Shown here in pieces: positions 38,840 to 52,738 of a DNA stretch of 64,000 bases. The stretch lies in NCBI GenBank assembly GCA_050575255.1, contig JBNZDD010013730.1, forward strand, positions 5,516,608 to 5,580,607. Reading direction: 5' to 3'. Source of the stretch: Harriotta raleighana. Its lineage: Eukaryota. Below the pieces are notes generated by a model. It worked only from the letters and a program-made list of their open reading frames with translations. It ran no database searches and had not been told where the DNA came from. Positions within the stretch are counted from its first letter, which is position 1, and the number at the start of each line of letters is the position of its first letter. The position numbers and the translations under genes are program-made.

Positions 38840-39559
38840 TGTTTGACCCCGAACTGTCCTTCCTCGCTCATATCCGCTCCCTGACCGGTATTGCCTTCCA
38901 CCACCTCTGCAATATTGCCAGGCTCCGCCACTATCTCACCCCATTGCTGCCGAAACCCTCATTCATGCCTTTATCACTTCCAGGCTTGTCTACGGGAACT
39001 CTCTCCTTGTCGGCCTTCCCAACTTATCCCTTCACAGGCCGCAGATCATTCAGAATTCTGCAGCTCGTGTACTCTCCCGCACCAAGCTCCGTGACCACAT
39101 CACTCCCACCCTTGCCCATCTCCACTGACTCCCCATTTCTGAGAGGATCGAATTCAAGATCTTCGTCCTCACTTTCAGAGCCATTCACGGCCTTGCCCCC
39201 GCCTATATCTCTGTCCTGCTGTCTCCCTATCAGCCTGCCCACACCCTCCGTTCAGCAGACTCATCAGATCTGCTCCTCGTCCACCGCCCTAACTGCCCAA
39301 TCAGCGGTGGCCGGGCTTTCAGCCTCTCTGCCCTGACACTCTGGAACTCCATCCCGCAGTCCTTCCACCTTGCTTCCTCCCTTTCCTCCTTCAAGGCCAG
39401 TCTCAAGATCTTCCTCTTCGATCGTGCCTTCAGCTCCCCACCTAACTCTTCCCCCTCTCCCACCCTCCCACCCTGCTTGGATCCTGACCTGACTGTTCAG
39501 CGCTTTGGGACGTCCTCCCGACGTGAAAGGCGCTATGTAATTTTGTTGTTGTTGTTGTT
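38840..39559 (+). mobile_element. L2-clade LINE 3' fragment (RT C-terminus and 3' UTR)
   Basis: Encodes frameshifted FDPELSFLAHI...FHHLCNIARLRHYLT and AETLIHAFITSRL...LQIIQNSAARVL-type peptides. The tail is CAGCGCTTTGGGACGTCCTCCCGACGTGAAAGGCGCTAT followed by (GTT)n. Confidence 0.9.
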
Positions 39560-39966
39560 AACAGCAGCCTCAATATAAAATGAAGTATAAAGAAAGACAA
39601 ACCTAGCGTTCCTTTTATAACGCAAACAGGATCAACTATCCAACATTTATAAAACCTGGGTGAATGCAAATTTAATAAAATATAAATATTTTGGGGTTTC
39701 CTTTTAAGGAATCCACTCTCTCCACGAAGAAATGCTATCAACCTAAAAATAAAACTGACATTTTTAGCAAAATACATGATGAATTCGGCATGTAGCTCTT
39801 TTTCTTCCTCCCCAACCTCATCCCAAAAATAGCTTTATCAAAGACTTCCCATCAAAACATTACAGTTCTAAATCTATGCCAATCTCTAACTGTGCCTGTT
39901 ACATTCTCTTGTTCTTCAATCTCTTCCCAGCCATTTTTTTTTTATCGTGGAGCAGTGATGGGTCGC

Positions 39967-39988
39967 GGGGGGGGGGGGGGGGGGGGNT

Positions 39989-40033
<45 letters not shown>
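39967..40033. repeat. Poly-G tract containing an N
   Basis: The homopolymer run is visible, but its length is unreliable. Confidence 0.85.
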
Positions 40034-40034
<1 letters not shown>

Positions 40035-41293
40035 GATTCATTTTTCTCTCTCCATTTCACCCAAGCTGTGCTACTCATGTGTTCACATCGTTGCCAACGG
40101 ACTGCCCCATCAGTTCCACTCCGGTCCAATTCCAGTCTTACAAATTGGTCTTGATTACAGTGGCAGGAAGGGCATTACAACTGGCTAGAGAAGAGAACCA
40201 AGCATACCCCTTGCTGAAGTATCAAATGGAGAAAAGTCTCAGTTATCACACAACTGGAATAAAACCCACACATGGATAACAGAAACGTTTCCACGATTGT
40301 AGCCAGACATTTTGTAGAAAGGCTGCAGGCAGAATCGTTCCAATCTTAAGATGTTGACCTAAAAATATTTCTCAATCATCCTGTGAAGATAACTGAACTG
40401 AAATAAAATTACTATTATAAGGTTGTTTTGCTCATATATATGAAGCAAAGAGTTTTCTGCTGTCACAATAGCAATGTGAAATGTGCTTGTAATGTGTTAC
40501 TGATACTATTGAACTGCAAAGAAAACCAAAATACATAAGGGTTCCTCCATTTGGGTCACAAACGGAATGCTCTATACAATCACTTCAAGATGTTAATAAT
40601 TTAGCGTTTATATTTCCTGCATGATTTCTTGGAAAGAGTCGTAAGTGGCAGAGAGGTACAAGCATAGTTTAAAGAGGTTTGCACAAAAGACTGTTTGGCA
40701 AATGTTTTATTTATTTAGAGACCTGCAACACTGTAATGTAAATCATGTGAAAGCACAATTGTGCGCGATGACAATGAGACACAGCTCCTCTGTTCTCTCT
40801 CCCTCACAAATTGAAACATTTCATTTGTCAAATTTGTCTTTCATTAGTTCTTCCCTCTCTGAAAAGGGTGCCCGTTCTCATTAAAAGTAAATGTGAATAA
40901 AATGGAAGAAAACTCCTGACAGTGGCTGCATTCGGTTAAAACGATGACACGAATGAGAATATGAAAGACATTTTAAACAAGGTAAGACTCTGACCTCAAT
41001 TTTATTTTCACACAGCTACAGCTCAAAATGTTTGTTGACAAGGCAATGGATATATTGAGTATATTATATATATATATATTTTGATCATTTTACTGCACTT
41101 ACAAACCAGAATGATTTAGAATTTGACCAAAGTGGACATTTTGAAAAACCACGATTTCCTTCTTAACTGGCCAAAATGCTTGTTTTTGGTCTGATTTGAC
41201 CAGAATTCAGCAATGAGCTACTAAGGGGTTTAGAAATCAATTGGATTTTAATAATGATAATAAAAATACAACAGAATTACACTTGTACAGCTA

Positions 41294-41586
41294 CCTCCTG
41301 TAGCTCATTGGCTAGAGCACTCGACTTACAAGCCTGAGACCTGTGTTCAAATCCAGGCAGATCAGGACGAAACCTTGGGCAAGTTTCCTTCCATCCAAAA
41401 ATAAAATAAAAAAAATTGGTCATTTCAATCCACGACTGTTTGTGGGACACTGCTGTGCTCAATTGACTGCTGCATTTCACCCACAGATATACAGTCAATT
41501 CACTTTACAGTATATTCTGTGAAGCACTTTGAGACATCAATAAGATATGAAAAGTGCTATATCAAATGAATGTTATTTATTATTAT
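41294..41586 (+). mobile_element. SINE family A, near full-length copy
   Basis: Has box A TAGCTCATTGG, box B GTTCAAATCC, and the shared core and tail. Confidence 0.87.
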
Positions 41587-43035
41587 AACGCCTCACAAAG
41601 GCAACAAAGAACATTCAGGAGGCAGTCAAAAATCTCTTTGACTTTGTGCTAACTAAAGTCAAAGAGATTTTTTAAAAGATGGTTTGAAACCAAGGGAAAG
41701 GAAAGTAATTTTGAGAAGAGTTTCAGAGAGTGGAGTCATAGTGGATGATGACGTAACTGATGATGGAATGACTGAAGTGAGAATTAAGCAGTAGGTTCTG
41801 AGTCGAAGGGGTTGGTACCAATTGGGGAATGTCTGCAAAGAAATTGTATAGTGGTGAGTGGTGCGAATAGATTTGAAGGTCAAAGTGAGGAACTTTCGTG
41901 GAAAATAAGGAAGCAAATTACAAAAATTGGCCCAACAAGCGACAAGTGCCTTTGCTTTCCACAGTTTACAATGAACTTTGTTTTAAAAGGCTATTAAAGA
42001 CATTGAGATATTTTATCAAGAATCTATGTGAAGGTGTTTGAGTGTGTTAAAATACACTGCCACATATCCTGTTGGTGTAGTATGTATGTGTGGTTTCTAT
42101 GAAATTGCACAACATGGCTAATTCCAAGAGGTAGACATTTCCAAATCACCCTACAAAGGCACAACAGACCAATCATTTATTTTGTGTAAATGAAAATACA
42201 ATAATGTGGGTTTGTTGCAGCGAGAGATGAAATGACTCATTTCTGTGTTGAAGTTATAGCACCAATGGGTCAACGGTGCATTTCAATCTCGTAGAAATTT
42301 TGTGAGAAAAAGTACCAGTAACAGAAATCAATGGCAAACTCACCAAAAACATTAACAGAGACCAGAAAGGCAATCTCCTGGGTCTTGCTGAAAATTTTGA
42401 CGTGACAGGAGCCTTTTTTTGTAAAAGAAAATGCCCACACGTAAGTGAAAGTAATTTTCTCATGGCTGATGGTGTCGTGTAAAAAAAAAAAATCAGCGNC
42501 GTAAGTGAAAGTAATTTTCTCATGGCTGATGGTGTCGTGTAAAAAAAAATCAGCAACAAAACACTGTAACTTGAGGGAAAACCCTTTGGGAAGTTATTTT
42601 CCTGAGAACCGAGAAAATCTAAGCCTTTTTTTTTAAATTCCAACACAATGCCCACAATTACTGTATAATGTGTGCAGACATAAGATCCCAAAAATTCTAA
42701 AGGGAATTTTTGCTAAATAAAACTCAATTTCCTGATTTACATAATGAGCAAATTGAATGAAGTTGTGTGAAAGTTATTTCAGTAGAAACAAACACTGAAT
42801 TCTTGAGACTGTTGTTGTGTCCATATCTCTTCCACATATATTCCAACTATATTCCAAGTTCAATCAAATTGGGTCAAAATGATGAATGTATTCAGTTTAC
42901 GGATATCTATTCCATAAAATGGCTTTCAACTGGGGATGAGCATTCAAAGTTCCACATCAGATCAATACCCACCATCATACTGTATGTCTGTCAACAATAC
43001 AGCACTTATAGAACCATCGAAAATGGAAGACGTCA

Positions 43036-43495
43036 GATGCTAGAGGGATTGGGGTATGGAATTCCAGAGGTTGGGGGCAGAGTGGCTGAAGGCTCGTCCG
43101 CCCGCCAATGGTGGGGAGGGTGGGTCGGGGGACATGGAGCAGGCTGCAGCCCGCTGAACGGAGGGAGTGGGCAAGTTGGTAAGGAGTTAGGAGGTCACAG
43201 AGCTGGGTGGGGAAAGGCCATGGAGGGCTTTAAAGATGAGGACCAGGATCTTGAATTGAATCCTCTGAATGACGGGGAGTCAATGGAGTCTGACAAGAAT
43301 GGGGTCGCGGAGGTTGGTGCAGGAGAGGACACGGGCTGCAGAGTTATGAATGATCTGCAGCCTATGGAAGGAGGAGTTGGGAAGGCTGATGGGCAAGACA
43401 TTGATGTAGTCGACCCTGGATGTGATGAAGGCATGAATGAATGTCAGCGGCCTGAGGGGTGAGGTAGTGGGGGAGTCGGGCAATGTTGCGGACTT
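43036..43495 (-). mobile_element. L2 LINE fragment
   Basis: Minus-strand peptides include RNIARLPHYLT and FIHAFITSRVDYINVLPISLPNSSFHRLQIIHNSAARVL. Confidence 0.88.
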
Positions 43496-43739
43496 GAGGA
43501 AAAGCAGAACAGGTCATAAAACGCTCACAAGGTACGCAACCCATGGCCAAATTTACATTTCTATAGCTCCTTCTGCACCAGGAAGACAACTCAAAGTGCT
43601 CTATACAGGTTATAAATTCATTATAATTTTGCCACTGTTGAGCGCTCTGAGGCGCGAGTCTCCATGGAGGGTACTATATAAGTGCAAGCTGTTGTTGTTT
43701 GTTGTTGGATTATGAAACTGCACAATGTTTGTTTTGCAG

Positions 43740-44005
43740 AGAGAGTGGACAGGACTGAAAGGTCATAGGAGGTTTGTCCAAGGGGGGAATTTGAAGTAAA
43801 AATGAGGATCTTGAATTTGGTTCAAATCCACTGAGTGGATCCGATTGAGGATTGGCTTGTGAAGCATGCCTGTGACTGCAGGAGATATCACGACTTGTAG
43901 GGTTATGTGTTTTGTGTCGAGAGTTGCTGGGAAGATCAGTGAGAGGGCACTGGGAATAATTAGACATGGACATGATGAAGGAGTGGATAAGGACATGGAT
44001 CAGAG
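43740..44005 (-). mobile_element. Degraded L2 LINE fragment
   Basis: Contains LIHVLIHSFIMS and GGATCTTGAATTTG, homologous to the adjacent L2 copy. Confidence 0.6.
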
Positions 44006-45900
44006 AGATTCCTTTCATTAAAAGCATTCATTAGGACGCTATGCTGTAGCAAAACCTATTTTGGGAAGGGTCAGTTTCTGTTCTAACAGTGCGAATTTTT
44101 GAATTCTCCCCGAGTTTCTACCAATTATACAGTGAGATCCCAGTACAAAGATCAAAGGCCAGGAGAACTACATTTAACTTCCTGCCAATCTGAGCCAGAT
44201 CCCAGGGTTAAACAGAGGAGGTCACTAATTATGCAAGCTGCGTAATCCTGAAATTGACCTCTGCAAAACCCTGAATATTTCCAGAATACATGTGGTTAGC
44301 AAAGTAAGCTTCAACAGGTGAGCTTTTGTAATTTCAACCAAAACAGCTGAAGGAAGAATAATGACTATAAGGCACCATAGCATTAAGCAAGCTTCAACGT
44401 GGAAGTCAATTCTTCGATAAAGTAGCAGTGGCCTTTACATTATCCTAATTAGATCCATAAACTTCTTCAATTATCACACAATGCCAGGCCAAGATTGAGT
44501 TTATGCACTACAGTATGATAAATGAGGAAGGCAAATGTTGAGAATGTTGTTTCTCATTTGACTAAGCACATGTTAAGCCTGGCCATAAAGGCTTTCGTGG
44601 CAGTCTCTTTTAATGTTAATGTATTTTTCTTCAGTGTTCCTTATGGAAATGGATAAGAGAGAAAAACCTTTGTTTTTGCTAGCAAAGAGTGTGTGTGCAT
44701 TCGTGAATTTGACATCAGCAACATTGCTGATTCAGACGCAGATATGAAGAATTTGACTAGTAAAATGGAAGTTTGGCTCACTATTTTTGCAGTCTGGCTG
44801 GAAATTCCACGATTAAATTGCTGTGTTGGCAGCAGCTGATTTATCATACTGTGGTCGCAATCGTATAATAATTATGGCTGAACAAATATCTGGGGCACCA
44901 ACAGAGGAATTGAAGAGGAACGATATAAAAGGATGGAAGGAAAGAACAGGGAATTGGGATTTGAGTATATAACTGCAGTGGAACAGCCAGTAACTGTATA
45001 AGCTCAATGGGGCAAATGTCCCCTTCGATGCAGTAATTTATTCTTGGTTCTATCCTGTGGCTTTTGTAAATTAAAGTTTTTATTTTAATAAATTCTGTGT
45101 TAAAAATTGGAGTCATAAATCTGCCTGTGAACCGTTCAAAAAAAATCCTTGCATTAACTAAAGAATCATCATGTTTAATAATTAAGCAGCAAAATACAAT
45201 GTCAAGCCATCCATGGCATTTACGAAGGCATGTCATGAAGGAATTGTCTATTCACAAGGAAAAAACTGATTTAAAGTGATTTGGAGGGAAAGGGCTATTA
45301 TTGCATTAGAAGATTGTTTAATTACAAATCTTATTTGAGCAGAGAAATTGTTCTACAGAGAGAAACTTTTTAAGGCTAGATTTTCATTCATTTGTCACAG
45401 TAAATCATCATTCATATGATACAACATCCATGCCCCTCTCGCATTAGGCTCATCACAGGAATACTCTCCAGTGCACCATAATCATTGATATCAAATGTGG
45501 TTTGTGTGTGCTTCCCTTCAATACAAAGGCAATGCAGAAGAAATTTTTTTGATGACTGTTTTTTGCACAGTTTGAGAAACTATCCTGATTCCTGAAGTAT
45601 ATATTTAGTCTCTAGAGATGTAAAACCAAATAAAAATATCTCTGGATGATTGGTTCCCCCTTAAAATGATTTAAAGAGAATCAACATGTTTACCAGTTTG
45701 ATATCCTGGTTCCTTGGACAACTGATTCCAATTCAAATGTTCAAAATTGCTCTGAGCTAAAGTTATACATGAATAATATTTTAATCTTTATGTAAAGCAT
45801 AGAGGACTTTTTGTTGAAATGTGTGGATTCAAATCTGTAGGTCTGTGTCAATTCAGAAGCACAAAGGGATTCAAGTCGAGCAAAGAGCTAATTTGATTAA

Positions 45901-45995
45901 ATTGCCATGTACAAATTGGTGGCCATGTTCACCGACAAAATACTGTCACTTCACTTTACAGTATAATGACGTGAAGCACACTGAGACGTCCTTCT
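45901..45995 (+). mobile_element. Degraded SINE family A core/tail fragment
   Basis: Reads CAAATTGGTGGCC...TTCACTTTACAGTATA...GTGAAGCACACTGAGACGTCC. Confidence 0.55.
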
Positions 45996-48900
45996 GACAA
46001 CATATTACCTTATCTTAGTGCTGTGTCGAACTACCTAATGGTTCATATTCTTGGCTATGGGAGAGCATTGATCCTGGTAGCAGTAAAATTGGCCAATACG
46101 GGGAAGAAAATTCACAGGCCTGTAGGTACCAACTCTCAGAAAGCGATAAAGCAAAGTATAAATAAATGGAATAACGTAGAATTGTGACTTTTAAAACAGC
46201 AAAGAAAATGTGTGCATGTCTGAATAAAACACAAACATGTGAGCAACCAAGGAAGGGAAGAAACAAGGAAGGGTGATGATGACAAAGGTTAACACAGTGC
46301 ATTGTTCCATTGCAATGACAGACTGTAAGAAATGAGTGGGAAAGGAAGCGAAGCATTAACAGTCCAGAATATAGGGAAAACATGCTTCAAATGGAATTTT
46401 TCAGTGATGAATGAATCAAATTGAAAGAGGGCACTTTAGAAAACAGATGTTAATAATGTCTGCAACTTCAACATATAGATGCACATTATTGCAAGTTCAC
46501 AATAGAAGCAGCACAGAGTGTAATTATTTTAACTGCAAACCCACTACAAGCAGAGAGAAGGGGAAAAAGATGTTGTCTGACCTTATAATTGTAATTGGTA
46601 CAAAACAATACTGGAGCTTTAAGCCTTTATCTGCTCAAGGTACTTTTCATTTCTCAAAGTATGTAAGATTCACGGCAATAAAATTCTATAAAACACATGT
46701 TCTGAATGCACTCTCACAAAGTGTCAGTAAGGAATGGAATGAACAGTGCTTTGTTCCTTCTCCAATAACTTTAATGCTTTTGAGAGATTTTTTAAACAGA
46801 CCTCCTTTGATGTAGCTTTCCTCCTCATCTAAAAATCCAATTGCATTGATAAGCGTTTTAGAAGGTAAGACCATCCTTAAGCTTAAGCATCTGGTTTTAA
46901 TGTACTACATATAAAACTATAAATTTAAAAAACATACAATATTGACCTGTCTTTCAATGCTTTTGTACACCAAGAAAATACTATCTTCATGTTTCAGTCC
47001 CTTAATCGCTGTACACTCATCAGTGTAATTTGCAAAGTACGAAGTGTATAGCTGAGATTCCATGTGTAATCCATAAGCACATGGTGTGAAAAATCGATAG
47101 TCTTGTTCTGCTGATTTAGCAGCGACTTCTGCTTTGGGTAGATAACATTTGTTTCTCTGTTTTGCACCAAAACCATTGGGATTCTTCAACAGATCATTAG
47201 ATATATTACAATAAAGCTTTAGTACATTCCAATTTCTCCTTAAATTACTTCTTCACTGTCCTATCATTTTGTGTCACCATTGGCACTGCATTAATACTAA
47301 TGCTCCCTTGAAACTTGCACTACAGCTATGTCTTCAGGCTGTGGGATGCCGGATCCAATGGAGGCTTTAGGTTGAAAATATAAATTAAGAAAATTTCATT
47401 ATCTCTTGCCAGAGGCCATTATTCAGCAGTGTTCTATGCAAGATTAAAAATGCAAAACCTACAGACTTGAACAAATATCCTGGAATTAAAATGAAAAGCT
47501 CGGTATATCATGACAAAAAAGACTGTGATAGCCTTGAGAGCTTAGCGTAAAGGGAGAGTCTAGATATCTTCTCAAATTTGGGTTTTGTATCATCTGCACA
47601 ATATATAATATTGAAGTAGTGGAAGTGATAATATTCAAGTTTATCTGATGCCTGAAATGAGAAGCTAGAATGGTAATAAAAATCAAAGTTTAACTCGTTA
47701 TGTCCCACAACTGTGTTGAATTATATCAGCGACGTTTGTTGCTTTTTAAACACGTGTCACAATTAAATGCAAACTACTTGGATCACAAAAGACTGATGGT
47801 CCAGTGCTCAATATTTTTATGCTTTGCTATAATAAATGCAGCAAAATGCACTGAATTCAAAATTCATTTTGCTTTCGGCAGTGTGACTACTGAAACATTC
47901 AAGTAAAAGTTCTGTACTGGAATATTATGGTGTCACGATTGCTTCCTCGGAAGATGCTTGTTGGATTCCCCACTTCCTAGTCCATTTGTTGGCTAGTCTG
48001 TTTCCCACTCGATAATTGTATGAGCTCTTGATTGTTAGTTTTACATGAAACTACGTCTCAAATGGTGATCCATGCTGAGCCAGAATTGGATGAATTTTTG
48101 GGGGATTCCATTTTCTTGTTACAAAATAGCATCTGACTTGTGCAGAACAACACCATCTCCTCATTGTAAGTCTGTTCCAGTCATGACAAGTGTTGGTAAT
48201 CATGTCAAATCTAAATCAATTTCCTTGACTTTTATATCACACTATATCTTTAGTCAGTAGTGCTTTTCATGTTGACTTTGCAGATTTTTTCCTTTTCAAG
48301 CTTATGTGGTGGATATGCAGTTAAGTTCCTGGCAGACTGTAGGTCTGCCTTTTTCAAACAAATCTCTTTTGTGATCTTGTATTCAGTGCAATGTACCAAT
48401 CCTGGATTTCAAATGCTAGATGCTTGTTTGGATCTCTGGTGACCTCGCAATGCTCCTTCCGAGCCCAACCTCCATCCATTATTACTCAAGACTTCAGATA
48501 CAGAGAATACCAAGTTTTGACTCTTTGGGTATGAATTTCAAGGCAAAATCTAAACAAACGTTCTACATCCAGCAGCAAGGCAAACTTGAGAAGATGTTGA
48601 AGGTCAGGCAAGGTCAATTATCAGTTTACACATCCACACAGATCCAAGACTGGATATTTTTGACTTCTGCACAAAAAAGGAGCAAGACGCAAAGGAAGGA
48701 TTGATGAATAGTTTCCTGCATTTTTAGCAGTTGTGGAATGATGTTAAACAGGACAGAATTGAAATGTTGAACACAAGCAAGGAGTAAGAACTGACATAGC
48801 CTGGAGCATTTCTAATTACTGTTGACCATGCACAGGCATGGTTTGTTTTTGTCTCGATACAATTTTCATGGTTTTAATTTAGAAAAAGCATGAATATTAC

Positions 48901-51900
48901 AGGAGAATCATTTCTATTATAAAAGTGACATATCAAGCAGTTTGCATGCTGCAAGAAAAAATGGAGCAGAGTAGCTTTATGTCTTCCTATATAATTTCAA
49001 CACTACCTGAAGGAATTTACATAAATTTAGCTGTATTTGATGCATTACCAGTGAAGGGCACCCTGCGATTAACAAAAACGGAATAAAATCACAGTCAATC
49101 ACAGCCCGACCAAGACAACAGCGGAAACGAACAAAGCCCCACATTAATATTGTGCAGCAAATTTACCCAAGACAAAAACTTATTTCTCTCAAAACAAATC
49201 CACTTTGAAGTGCTGCTTCAGAACACACATTGTACTCTGCCAAACCAAACTAATTCCAGAAGAAAAAGCTGAAACAGTTGAGTGTAATGAGCAGAAAAGA
49301 TTGTTGGTGTATGCTGCACTAAATTATCTGGCATTATGTGAGGCCTTACTGTATCACTTAGAAAGTTTGCTACATTTTCTTTCACTATTATATTGTTGCC
49401 TTTGGCTTTGAACGTTCACAAGAATCAGAATGTGCATGAGTGGGTAATTATAATAAGGATACAGGGCTTTAAGGAGACTTGGCAGAGAGTTGTATTTTTA
49501 ATTCTCCTCCATGGGGTGAATGATGAATAAAAACGTATAAAAAAGCATTTCAGCCATCCATTTATTAAAGTACAGGCTTCAGAAGATTTGATCAAAACTT
49601 AACAATGTTATGCGATGACAGTGGACAACAACCCTTTCGTCTTATTGAGGATAAAGGTTTATGCGTGTTCTCAAAACTTAAAAAAGTTTTTAGCATTAAT
49701 AGGAATTGAGGTCCAAAGTAACTTCTAATTCTAAAACTTGTTTGTTCCACATCTGCTTTCAATTGGGCTGAAAGCAGCTGTGGTTTGTCCCACTGGGCTG
49801 AACAGGAAACATAAATTGCTGGAAAATGCCCCTTTTTGTTAGAGAATACTCTGCTTGGGCTCTGTGTATTTAAGACTATCAAACGTTATTCTGTATTAAT
49901 GCGTTTGATCGCATTTTCTAAAGGAAGATGTTGTAACTGTTCTGCAATGTTCCAGGGTATATTTTGATCGTAACTTCATGGGATTAAAATAAAATCTCAG
50001 GTGGAGCACTCTGCCAATCTAATTTGGCTGCCTTTACCCAACCAGGATAAAGCTCGGGGTGTTCTCCCAAATATGGATAAAGCTCTGGCTATCCTACCCA
50101 ATGGGGATAAAGTTTGCAGAGTTCAGGATAAATCTATTCCTCCGTATCTCAACAATGAGGCAGACAGGATGGTCAACTATGACAATAACTTGGTTCACTG
50201 TGGGAGTAGCCAGCTTTTGTCAAGACATATCTTTAGAGCCAGCTCAACCGCACTTATTACTCTTCTCCCATGGTTAAGTGCAGCACAATATTTCATTCAG
50301 CTTAACTTCTGTACAGTTTTTAAGGTAAAACATGCAACATGATCACGTGTAACACTGTAAACCGACTCGTATAATCTCCTTTTGATGCAGATCTAAAATA
50401 AAATGAAAATAATAACCATCCAGAATGCTTGCCCGTATTAATGAACGGATCACAGAACGATGAGTAATTTGCCACATTCAAAAGCGATCTTCAGAGGATC
50501 AGTTTTCAAACTGGAAGCCAATTGTTCTTTGTAATGCAATGACCTCACTGAACTAGTGTTACCCGATCAGCTCCATGTGTCAGCCTAAAAATAGTAGAAC
50601 CTGGGAACTAAATAGTTTCTAAATATTTTTGGCTACGAGTGTGAATTTAACTAAGAATTTCCAAATTTAGTGACCTTCTTAACCAACCAGTCATTGCGTT
50701 TCTCTCCTTTCTAATAATCCTTGCACCTGACACAGCATTTCATTACATTCTTCAAAATGCCTCAAAGGACTTGATAGGATTTTATTACTTTTAAAAGTGC
50801 AGCAACTATGTATTTACAGGTGGGTTTTTAGGGTTTAGCTAAAAAGTTATCCTTCGCTATATCCTTACCTGGACGAGGGGGTAGAGTAGGCAAGCTGCCT
50901 CAAGCCCTTGTTACTACCATCTTGAAATAACAAGCCCACCGATTTCCCCTCCCTGTGGAGCAGTAGTTAGTCAGCAAGATGCTCAGTGATTCCCTCTGAT
51001 GCCCATGGCAGAGTTGCACTCAGGTAATTGTGACTTCATTTAAGGCATCACAAAGCATTTTCTACCACCAATAAATCTGCGTTGTGCTTGCAGGAACACT
51101 GTGTCCAAATATTTCAAAAAGGAGCAAACAATATGAAAGAAATATTAAATGCTACATTGGGTTGAAAATTAGTTGTGAAACACCAAATGAACAAGAGTAC
51201 AAAGTACAGTACTTATCTTCATTTTTGCTCAAGAGTCGTGTTACAAGCCTATATATATGTTTTCAAAGGGTCTTGCACACAATAGGTACATCAGACTTTG
51301 CTTGACTTGAGTGCACTATGTTGAAGCACAGAATGATTCTGAAAATCTGTGCTCTCAGGAACATTCATAACGTTCATAAGACTGTAAGTAGAAGGATTAT
51401 AATATTCTGATAATAATGATAATATTATTATTCTATTGATTGGGGACCACCTCTTTACCAAAGCAAAGGCATAAAAAAAACACTAGTCAATGTGGGAAAT
51501 ATGAAAATGTACAGAGGCATGTAAGAGGGGGATTAGAGAAAGATAGGCTCTCGTTGTCACCTGTTAACCTCATCTCGGAAGTCCGACCATTTCCTTTACT
51601 TTTGTCTAAAGGAATGTTGGAAGTGTTTGATTATTGTTTTGTCTGATCGGGAGAAAAAAAAAGCTTTGAGAGGGAGTGAGTCTTTACCGTAAATAAAAGC
51701 ATCCGATTCTTCCACAAACAAATGACCACAAACGTTGCAAGACATAAAGCCAAATCTGCTGCTGTTGAATGTTCCAGACCTCCTTTAACCATTAACAATT
51801 CAGTGACAGAAATCTAAATGCTGCGAGATATATAAAAGGATATAGCCATCCCACACTGCTCTGCCTTCAACCAGAAGTTAAATGTAACATGGATGCACGG

Positions 51901-52220
51901 CGGTNAACAATTCAGTGACAGAAATCTAAATGCTGCGAGATATATAAAAGGATATCGCCATCCCACACTGCTCTGCCTTCAACCAGAAGTTAAATGTAAC
52001 ACGGATGCACGGCGGTTCAATAGTAATTCATTAGAATTCATAAAAGTCCATTGCCTTTGAAGATACTATTAGTAAAGAAAGCAAAGTACTGATCACTTCA
52101 CTCCCCCCCACCCCCCCAACGAGTTTTTTTGGGGAAGGCAAAACGGACAAAAAATAAGACGTGACGTCAGCACGGCGTCACACACAGAAAAAACTAACCT
52201 GCGCGACTCCTCCCATCATT

Positions 52221-52613
52221 AGCAGCGCATCATCTCCACACAATAGACCATCAGCACATCACCTCCACACAATAGACCATCAGCCCATCACCTCCACACA
52301 ATAGACCANNNNNCCCCCCCCCCCCCCCCCCCCCAACGAGTTTTTTTGGGGAAGGCAAAATGGGCAAAAAATAAAGACGTGACGTCAGCACGGCGTCACA
52401 CACAGAAAAAACTAACCTGCGCGACTCCTCCCATCATTAGCAGCCCATCACCTCCACACAATAGACCATCAGCCCATCACCTCCACACAATAGACCATCA
52501 GCCCATCACCTCCACACAATAGACCATCAGCCCATCACCTCCACACAATAGACCATCAGCCCATCACCTCCACACAATAGACCATCAGCCCATCACCTCC
52601 ACACAATAGACCA
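52221..52613 (+). repeat. 29-bp minisatellite (CAGCCCATCACCTCCACACAATAGACCAT)
   Basis: Six head-to-tail units start at 52441, 52470, 52499, 52528, 52557 and 52586. About three more units at 52221-52308 lie in the duplicated contig end. Confidence 0.93.
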
Positions 52614-52738
52614 AGCGCACCAGCATTAACACCCCATCAGCGCATTAGAATTAGATCACCCGCAGCTACACAGATAGATCATCACCCTCCCACCCTCAGG
52701 ATAGGTGTCAATGGCAGGGCTGACTTGGCTAGTCACCC

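Noticed and set aside
42767-43462. 231-aa plus-strand ORF
   Set aside because: It is largely the antisense reading of an L2 fragment.
52441-52613. CRISPR-like array of 29-bp repeats
   Set aside because: The units are head-to-tail with no unique spacers, there are no cas genes, and the setting is a vertebrate intron. It is a minisatellite.
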